DNA from: Catajapyx aquilonaris
Lineage: Eukaryota
Reading direction: 5' to 3'
Assembly (NCBI GenBank): GCA_000934665.2
Contig: JYFJ02001087.1
Span: forward strand, 1-64,000
DNA: 64,000 nucleotides
The position numbers were made by a program, and so were the translations under genes. Shown here one piece after another: positions 1 through 8,500 of this stretch. Below the pieces are notes generated by a model, which worked only from the letters and a program-made list of their open reading frames with translations, made no database searches and was not told the DNA's origin. The first letter of the stretch is position 1, and each line of letters opens with the position of its first letter.

Positions 1-147
1 CGTGGAGCGTCTGAGCGCACCCGTTCCTCGTCTATGAACACCCTCTAGATGGCGTTTCCGGACACGGTTTCCTATGTCAAAAATGTTTGTCTTGGTCTCC
101 TCTATCACCCCTACAAGTTTGTCGATCGAATTCATTTACACCCTGTA
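1..147. mobile_element. Possible right end of a Tc1/mariner-type non-autonomous element truncated by the window edge
   Basis: Ends in ...TTTACACCCTG followed by TA (146-147), the reverse complement of the TA-CAGGGTG terminus common in Tc1/mariner elements. A similar terminus TACAGGGTGATTCAAAA occurs at 3445. No transposase seen. Confidence 0.3.
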
Positions 148-630
148 TAAACATGCATTCCAACACTTTTCGGCACCAAAATGTCATTACTCGATAAATT
201 ATAGGGGGTTTAAAAGTCACTCGCAAATTGGCCGGAAACACGGGGGCGTGGCCTAAAAAGCGCATTCCCACTCCTGCCTAACCAAGGAGACAACAGTGAC
301 GTCAGCAGTTCGTTGCCTCGCGGCCGTTTGATTCGGCTTATTTACTGGTGGTCCCGTTCGATTCGGATTTATACCATGATTTATACTTACGGTCGTTCGA
401 TTCCGTTGTTAGGAAACAAACAACCCGGGTGCATTCCTGCCTCTGCACCGATCTTTTAACAACAGTGACGTCAGAGGGCAATACGATACCATATAATTAT
501 TATGATATTAGATCGATCATAGCTCGAACACTAATAGCCTATATTTATTTCTTCAAACATAAAACACCAAAATTTATTTTAAAATAAGGACAATTTTTTC
601 ATGGGTTTGCAAAATGTAGGCTAGGACTCC

Positions 631-990
631 ATTTGGCCATTCAAATCATAATAATTGCATTCACTAGAAACTAGACACCGATTCGAATGATACTGGTATT
701 ATTGGGATATGTGGCCCCTCCAGAAAACATTGTGACAGTTCCCTATGACACGGGCAGCTATAGGATAACACATTGAATTAATAAAAGCGTGAAAACTCAA
801 TTATTACAGTATACGGTAGTAAACTTTGTTAATAAAAAACAATGTTGGTGTATCGCCAGTTAGCAAGTGTCTGGCCGTAAGATAACTGTAATTTCATTTC
901 CCTTTTTTACGACAGTGACATCATATTCAGAAAAAAATTGCAGGCTGCTGTTGAAAAGTGGCGGGTCACGAATGTCTTATTATGCAAATA
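631..990 (+). repeat. Diverged direct repeat, copy 1 (partner at 5222-5537)
   Basis: Collinear blocks ATTTGGCCATTCAA, CACTAGAAACT, GATTCGAATGATA, GTGACAGTTCCCTATGACACGGG, GCGTGAAAACT, TTTGTTAATAAAAA, TTGCAGGC, CTGTTGAAAAGTGG and TTATGCAAAT shared with 5222-5537. Confidence 0.9.
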
Positions 991-1180
991 ATTTATGGAA
1001 AGAAAAGTACCGTACCATATAATCATAAAAATATGGAAATTAGAGCATGCATTAAATGTTTTCTGATATTTTGTACCTGCATCGGTTGCTATTAAATTAA
1101 ATGTGAAATTTCCTCCAAGTGTGCTGCTTAGGAGTGCAACTATCTAGTTTGGGTTAATAGCAGTATGACTTTCAAGTGGA

Positions 1181-1251
1181 GCATCGGTGGTTCAGTGGTA
1201 GAATGCTCGCCTGCCACGCGGGCGACCCGGGTTCGATTCCCGGCCGATGCA
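1181..1251 (+). tRNA. tRNA-Gly-GCC: tRNA-Gly, anticodon GCC (intronless, 71 nt)
   Basis: Full cloverleaf: acceptor GCATCGG/CCGATGC plus discriminator A; D arm GTTC-AGTGGTA-GAAT; anticodon arm CTCGC-CTGCCAC-GCGGG; variable loop CGAC; T arm CCGGG-TTCGATT-CCCGG. Closely matches the familiar arthropod cytosolic tRNA-Gly(GCC) sequence. Confidence 0.98.
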
Positions 1252-1260
1252 ACTGATTTC

Positions 1261-1265
1261 TTTTT
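1261..1265 (+). terminator. RNA polymerase III oligo-T terminator of tRNA-Gly
   Basis: TTTTT run starting 10 nt after the discriminator base. Confidence 0.8.
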
Positions 1266-1564
1266 CTCTCTCGCCATCACTTCATTTTGATTCCATTGAA
1301 GCGTGGAATTTACAGTTTCACAGCCGATGTATTGTCTATGGTCTGAAGGGAATTATCTTAATTACCATAATGTATTCGTTGCTATTTTTAAACAGAGCCT
1401 CTTGAAGATTTGAATTTTTATGTTAATTTGAAAGCGGAAATATGCAAATTGGCCACCTTATGGTAATTTATCATGAAAGAAACTAATATTTACCAAGTAC
1501 TTTCAATTTTCACAGTTTCAGGAAGCATTATGTAGTGATCACTGCTACGCGAGAACTTCCGTAA

Positions 1565-1596
1565 AGGCCATTTCACAAAAAAATGTGAAATGGCCT
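1565..1596. mobile_element. 32-bp minimal PIF/Harbinger-like MITE or internally deleted remnant
   Basis: Perfect 13-bp terminal inverted repeats AGGCCATTTCACA (1565-1577) / TGTGAAATGGCCT (1584-1596) around A6, flanked on both sides by TAA (1562-1564, 1597-1599). Absent from the paralogous spacer at about 2776-2790 (GAGAACTTCCTTAGA). Confidence 0.6.
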
Positions 1597-1675
1597 TAAC
1601 GGAGTATAAAGGCACTCGTGTAATCTTTGCATAATTATATGAAGGCATTTATTCCAGATATAGCTTTCAAGTGAA

Positions 1676-1770
1676 GCGTCGGTGGTTCAGTGGTAGAATG
1701 CTCGTGGATCCTGTCCGGCCGGCAGGATCGCCACCCTCGAGCGACCCGGGTTCGATTCCCGGCCGACGTA
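1676..1770 (+). ncRNA. tRNA-Gly-derived Pol III RNA with the anticodon arm replaced by an extended hairpin (copy A, 95 nt)
   Basis: D arm, variable loop and T arm identical to the tRNA at 1181-1251. Acceptor GCGTCGG/CCGACGT plus A. A 41-nt arm (1701-1741) replaces the 17-nt anticodon arm. TTTTT terminator at 1773-1777. Confidence 0.75.
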
Positions 1771-2587
1771 CCTTTTTCTTATTTATTTTCCCCCCTTCCA
1801 CTTTCTCTTATAAACCTGAGACAACACTTTTGCTACCTTAGATTCTCGCTCTTGTTCTATTGGGTTATTCGTTATGACTTTTTATTGAATATAAAGTCAT
1901 TCAGTTCGGCGCATGGTTCGGCGCAATATTTTCAGCTAATACTTTTGACAACCATTAAATGCAACTATGCAAAAGTAACTGCTACAAAATAACCATGTGG
2001 GACTAGCATATGCACCCAAAATAGCTTCCAAATAGCCTACATGACGATATGAAAGAAATGAATGGAAATCAGTATAAGTGAATGGAAATGGAAGCCATTT
2101 ATGCTCTCTGCGTGGCCTGACCAGTCACCAGAGAGTTCATTGTATCTGTCAAACGAGATGGCCAAATACTTGTATCGGGTCATCAATGATGGCCATCCCT
2201 TAACCCTGTAACTGTGACGTATAGGGTCGTTTAGGACCCCAAAGGAATTAAAATGCATTAAAATGATAATTACACTTTTGCTATTTAAAAAAGTATATAA
2301 CAGGAAGTCCATGTTTATTTTGAATTAGCGATCGTTTTAGGCATTGTTCAAAGAATGATTGCATATACTGTTATAACAATTTATGAAATATGGATGGGGT
2401 CCTATAAGACTCCACGTCACGGTTGCCGTAACTTTCAGGCACGTCAGGATTCCATGGTTAATGCACTGGGGGTTGCGAAGCCTTTTCCGGGGGGTCGCAC
2501 GTGGCTGCAGTAATTTTTATAAATTAAAAAATTACTAAAATTTAAAACAAATAAAAAAGTTATAGGAAATTTCATCGCGAATGTTCC

Positions 2588-2600
2588 CCCGGACGATGCA
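2588..2600 (+). pseudogene. 3'-terminal remnant of a second tRNA-Gly(GCC) gene
   Basis: CCCGGACGATGCA matches tRNA-Gly 1239-1251 (CCCGGCCGATGCA) at 12 of 13 positions. It is followed by a recognisable copy of the tRNA's 3' flank (TTTCTTTTTCTCTC...TGAAG(T/C)GTGGAAT...ACAGTTTCA(G/C)AGCCGATGT). The 5' part of the tRNA is missing. Confidence 0.75.
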
Positions 2601-2886
2601 ACGACTGCTTTCTTTTTCTCTCATTTTATTTAGCCTTTAATGAAGTGTGGAATAATTGACAGTTTCAGAGCCGATGTTATTTGCGATCTACAGTATACTG
2701 TACATAGATTTGTCAATAATTTTTTATATTTTTACGAGGTTATAGAGAGCATTTTGTAGTCTTGAGTGCTACACGAGAACTTCCTTAGAAGAGTGATGTA
2801 CAGTACGTATAAACAAGATATAAAGGCACACCGTTTGTCGTCTTTGCATATGAAGGCATTTATTCCAGATATAGCTTTCAAGGGAA

Positions 2887-2990
2887 GCGTCGGTGGTTCA
2901 GTGGTAGAATGTTCGGGAATCCTGTCTGGCCAGCAACAGCAGGATAACAGCAACTCTCGAGCGACCCGGGTTCGATTCCCGGCCGAGGTA
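2887..2990 (+). ncRNA. tRNA-Gly-derived Pol III RNA with the anticodon arm replaced by an extended hairpin (copy B, 104 nt)
   Basis: Same architecture as 1676-1770: identical D and T arms, 50-nt arm at 2912-2961, acceptor GCGTCGG/CCGAGGT (one G:G mismatch) plus A, TTTTTT terminator at 2993-2998. Confidence 0.7.
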
Positions 2991-5221
2991 CATTTTTTCT
3001 TATTATCCCATTTTATTTTACCAGAGACAACACTTTTGCTACCTTTGATTTTGCAACATATTGTGCAAGTCTGATAGTGCAAGTGGAAACTAGCTATAAG
3101 CGGTAGAGTCCAGAGCAAGTGATAGGCTACTTGCGTGCACTTTGTGTCTTTTGCCCACGTTTTGTGATTTTCTTCCAATATTATCGTTGTTATTCGATTT
3201 TTGCTCTGGTTTGCGACCTTATATTTATACCTTAGGTCTATAAAATTATTCTGGCTTTTTTAATTTTCTGCATTACTTTATCCTCCATATGCCCCAAAAA
3301 GTAAATTTTTTGTGCCTATTAAGAGGTTTTTTCGTACCTATTTAAGTGCCTATTTGAGGTTTTTTTCGTGCATAAAAATCCGGACTCTAGTCATCTGTCA
3401 TTCATGGACAACCAGCAGGCCTACTCTCTTGTAGAGTATCAAAATACAGGGTGATTCAAAAATACTGGTCCGATTGCTATGGCTATTTCTTGGAACTAAG
3501 CGGTTTATTGAAGCATTTAATTTTGCATATAAAATATGCTAGCTGCCAATATTGTGTGGTGTGTACACATATTTGCAATTAAAATTTTTACGAGCTTGCA
3601 AGTGGGTTATGTCATTAACCTGAGCTGCCAATCTATTGTCCCAATAGAAAGGAAAAGAACCTCAGTAACTGAAATTGAAAAGTGTAGTTTGATATCACTT
3701 ATTTCGTACATGATTATTACGACATGGTGAAGCACAGTTCTTATTTTTAGGGGTCAATTATTTCATTTGAAGTAATAGGTCCTATTACTGGAATTCCTAT
3801 GAGGTGATGCAGTAGCCTACTTACAATTAGATAAGGTCAGATGAAATAGGATCTGAGGCTTAGGTAGAATGTTTAAAAAAATTATTTTTTGTTGCATCCA
3901 AGAAAGCCATTTATCAGTTCCATAATTATATGATTTTATTTTGGTCATAGAGTAGCCTAATACCTACTTTTCAAAAGAATTCATGCTTATCTTATGCTCA
4001 TAATTTCATTTTAATTAACTTACATGACTTTCATTGAATTGTACTGAATGCTCACTACTGGTAACCATATTTTAAGCAACGAGGCTTAACCACATGTTAT
4101 TCTATAGATCTAGAGTTAATGTCATTCTTTTCAACACATCGTAAGTCAAATCGCTTTAAATGCCGAAAGAATCAATCTTGTCAACGGTCACACCCAGAAT
4201 GAACTACAGTAGATTAGCTAAACCGACAGATGAAGATAGTCACGCCACAATTTTAGGGTAGCCCTCCAGTAGCATCAATTTGACAATGAATCTCCAAATC
4301 CCTGGCAGCACCTCAGGCTGCTCCTTCCTGATAAAGGTGCAGTTAATGCGTAATTAGCCCATGTTGCATTTGCGGGTCAGAAATTTTCGGGACCTCCCAA
4401 AAAAAACTATAGGAAGGGTCGTCTGGGAGAGATAGTTTTAGAGGTGGGGTTGGTGTTGAGGGTGGGTGGGGTGTAAAGCTGCGCAGAGGATTTGAAGAGA
4501 GGAGGGGCCTGGCGCTGGCGCCAACGTCTAATGGCGCAACGGACATTGCGCAGGCCATACCCGATTCTGCCTCTTTTTTTGCTCCTTTTTGCGGGTCAGA
4601 TCTGGGAAGCTCTTCCAGTGTGTCGGAGCTTGCGGGTTGGCGCTAAGTTGGCGCCACAGACTCCGGCTTCTACTTTTGCTCTTTTTTCTCTCTCGCAAAG
4701 GAGGGGGTGGAAACGGGGGGGTTCACAATCTGTTTTGCATTGATCTGGCCAAGACCCCAGTGCTTGCTTAGGGAGTGAGTTTGAGAGGACACATGCAGAA
4801 GATGTTTTCAGATGTGGTGATTGTGTGAATGTGGCCGTCCAGAGGCGAATAACGGCTTTGGTTGTTTTGCGTGACATTGCGGGCACGGTTCTTTTTTCTT
4901 TTCTTTTTAAAAAAGTTTCTTCACGGTGGATTTGTATCGAAAAGTGGTTGACATGTGGCCATTGGCGTCCACGTTGAAGTTACCAACCTGGTTGACAAGG
5001 TACGGATTTTATTGCAATTTTTTGTCGTGTTATGTTGGTGTGTACAGTACAACTAAATTGACAATGTCGCACACAGATGCGGTATGATAATTTTACAACG
5101 GCTACAAAATAATAATTGAACAACCGGAATCATAAATACCACTTATTGTTTGTATATGTCGTATCAATGATTTTATAACTTTTACATTAATTATTATCCA
5201 ACATAACAATATTATTGTTCT

Positions 5222-5537
5222 ATTTGGCCATTCAATATTGACTACACTAGAAACTGATTCGAATGATATTACTGGACATGTCTCCTGTAAACATCGTGAC
5301 AGTTCCCTATGACACGGGTAGTTAGCGAAAGCAGTTAATTAACAACAGCGTGAAAACTAAATAATTACAGTAGTAAAGTTTGTTAATAAAAAGCAATGCG
5401 GCTGTATCGCCAAAGTTAGCAACTTTCTGGCCCGTATCGGCTAACTGTAGCTCCATTTCACTTTTTTATTACAATGACATTCAGAAAAAATTGCAGGCAA
5501 CTGTTGAAAAGTGGGTCATGAAAGTCTTATGCAAATT
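5222..5537 (+). repeat. Diverged direct repeat, copy 2 (partner at 631-990)
   Basis: Same collinear blocks as 631-990; similarity stops after ATGCAAAT. Confidence 0.9.
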
Positions 5538-8500
5538 GCGCCTGTTATTGACTCCCACCCCTGGAACATCCCATCGTCTGACTGACTTCCCCCGATTACA
5601 AAATCCAGGCGGTTGCTGAAATGCGCGTGTTGCCATTGACCACCTCCGATGTGTGTATATATATCCACGGGGCGACTTCAACACCTTGTCCCGTCTAAAC
5701 GGGCCACAGATTGTATCACGCCAAATTGGAAGCGACAGACCCCCCCTAAATTGCAAGAGAGGACAAGAAGGTGCACGCATCCGGCGAAGTGGCTTTGCGT
5801 GACGCTTATTCCTAATTCCCCAAATCCACATCCGGTGTGACACAACCTGCTGATAATAACGTATAGGGATTGTTTAACTCCACAAAACAAATTGCAAAAT
5901 ATTGAAAACTTTCTGTGTCAATGTGAATTTTTTGTGTGTGCGCAGCTTGAGTGCGGCTGTCATCTTTTAAGTGATCAGCGACATGCTTTTGACAAGTTCA
6001 TTTATTTTTCCCCGCTACTTGTGCTGGCGTGGATTTTGCTTCGATGACGGGTTACAAGGGTTGTGGTGAAGGAAGATGGGGATGAATACTTGGGTTGACA
6101 GTCGGTTGTTAAAGGTGACGTGAATGACAGGACATTGGGGTTTACAGAGCGGATCTATTGACATAATACCCACTCTACTCTGGATTGACAATTAATATAA
6201 GTGCGCACAATCGATATTATGGCTATACCCCTTCCCTGCATTTACACCTGCCAGTTGAGGGATTTTTGAAAATTACAAAAAAATATGTGATTAGTGCACG
6301 GTTTGCGCAGTGATGCCTTTTGATGACGTAAACAATTAGGGAGGTATACACCGTGTTTAGGAATATGTGCCATTTATGGGGTCGGCTCTACTGGATTAGC
6401 GGGATCAAAATTGGTTCCATGATGATTCCGCAGTGTGTGTGAATGTCGGCCCCGAAGCATATTTATGCGGAATGAAGCCACAAAATTCACTTAACCTTTA
6501 TTTTTTGTTAAAGTAATGACCCCAAAAAAATTGCGCATATGGTCATGAACATGTGTAGTACACGCGTATGAATTATTCATCCAGATGCAGCAACCAGGCC
6601 CATTCAGCTTATTCAAGGAGCAACATAAGGCTTAGAAAGTCTTTTCCTCCCAAGTGTTCAAAATGACCTGGTATAGTTGTTACCTTTAACTCCGCGACAA
6701 AATTGCTTTCGATAGTTGCCCCGGATCCTTAGACGAGCAATCCCCAAAAGTCCTAGCGTGCTCATAAGCAATTAAGGGACTCTTCCTTTCTACGTGCTGG
6801 TACTCTCCGGGAGCCAACTGCTGGGAAGAAGTAGAACAAGACGCGCGCAAAAAAAAACTAACACACCATCCAGTTCACTTGGTGATGTGACTGCAGAAAG
6901 GAGAGAAATGTATTGGAGCAGTGGAGAGTAAACTGGTATTTGGAGAACGCGGCCAGAATGGAGAATATGTGTTTTTCGGAGAGGAGGCCAAAGAGTGAAC
7001 CGACAGATTGACTGGTTGTTGCCAACTTGCGCCGGCACATTTTTATGGCTGGACCTGCCAACAGGCACATGAAAATCTCACCTTGCGAGCAGGGAAAAAA
7101 AGCAGATGGACGACTACGAAACCGTTTTTTTTTGTCATAAGGGAGCAGGTTTTTGGAGTGCATTTCCAAGTTGGACCAGGCCGAGTTTATTTTTACGAGG
7201 CTTATTTTTGTCCGGAGTTGCCCGAAAAACTGCACAAAATTATAGTCAGAGCGACCAAACAAAAGGCAACTGAACTATAAATACAGGGATTTTTGAATGA
7301 ATCCGTTGCTTATTTATGGTCATAATTCATTTGAAAACGGATTTACATGAGACCATAACTGACATCAAAATATGGATAGCTTTTGAAAATGGCTGGACCG
7401 TCACAATTATAGGCTTCTGAAAATTCGGATATTATACAGAGGCGTCGAAATCAAACACAAAATGGATAACGAATTTATTGGTTTATGAAATTTTGAAATG
7501 CAAATGCAGTGCTCTTGCTTTGATTCCATTCGTTTATTTGACGCTTATGTTGTGCATGAATGTGCCGCATACCCAACAAAAGCCGTATTGTATTACCTTT
7601 GATTTCATAGGGTGATGCCCTTCCCCAAAATATTGACTCTCAGTCCATATAGTTATTTTATTATATTTCAATCAAAGCATATGTACCAACAAGGGTCTTG
7701 TATAATTGACATTAGGCCGATTAAATTAAATATGTTCTGTGGTTGACCTGGAAGCCTGGAGATTTCCAGCTGTGTTTCCCGTCTCGTAAATAAATTCGGG
7801 CGTGTAATTTTCTCTCCGGCGTTCACATTTCTTACCTTTCCACCTCCACGAAAGTAATAAATAACTTTCTGGAGAGACACCTTCCAAATCTGTTGCATGA
7901 TGATGTACAATCCTACCGGATATATATTTACAAATTTTTTTGTCTCCCAACTGCACCCATTTTATATCCATACTGTAGAAACAAATGGTATTCTGGCGCC
8001 GTTAACATCAGGAGCCAACATCCATCATTACAGCATCATCCTATGCGGTAGTAGTTGTCAGAGCTGCAATTTGTTGTGTTTATGGATTGTGTCAAGCGAT
8101 GCAAGGCAGTTAACATCGATAAGGGGGCAAGCGAGGAAGTTGACAGTATGAATTGTACCGGTGCGGTGTATAGTGTTGTACCGCTATAAATTACCCGTTA
8201 TTTAATTTTAGTGTGGTCGTCACTGGGCAAAATTTGCATCGTGTGAGAGAATATCATCCGGCAAAATCTGGACATTTTAAAATGTGTCGCAAGATAAAAT
8301 AATTAGTTTCACAGATCATACAATGATGCCAGGTTTAAATCAGATCACATCTAATAAGTACAGCAATGGAATAATTGTAAGTTGCGCAGGAGAGAAGTAA
8401 CAATGTTAGACTATATGCTGAGAAGCAATTGAAGTAAGGCTTTGTGTTTGCACGACAAACGCAGAGGAGATCACTTCGATCCTCGGAGTTGGGAATTGCT

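Larger units (their letters stand above)
2588..3050 (+). repeat. Diverged tandem duplicate of about 1239-1843 (tRNA-Gly 3' end + spacer + derived RNA + 3' flank)
   Basis: Collinear shared blocks: tRNA 3' flank; GAGAACTTCC; TATAAAGGCAC (1605/2819); a 35-bp identical block (1637-1671 = 2848-2882); the RNA gene; GAGACAACACTTTTGCTACCTT (1818-1839 = 3024-3045). Confidence 0.9.

Noticed and set aside
2452..2500. CATGGTTAATGCACTGGGGGTTGCG...GGGGGGTCGC, resembling a hAT-type MITE end next to the truncated tRNA
   Set aside because: Only a loose resemblance; no partner TIR or 8-bp target duplication found.
1676..2990. Interpreting the tRNA-like copies as SINEs or as functional intron-containing tRNA-Asp(ATC)
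   Set aside because: They share genomic 5' flanks with the parent, end at an oligo-T right after the acceptor stem and show no tail or target duplication. A spliced product would lack Y32/U33 and carry a Gly-type body.
2732..3178. ORFs crossing the tRNA-like genes (1690..1992, 2732..3178, 2766..3074, including QQQQ)
   Set aside because: Chance translations of the RNA genes and AT-rich flanks; no coding signature or splice support.
3104..3389. TAGAGTCC...GGACTCTA possible TIR pair with internal GTGCCTATT repeats
   Set aside because: Only 8 bp of inverted match and no target duplication; probably a TE remnant but the boundaries cannot be supported.
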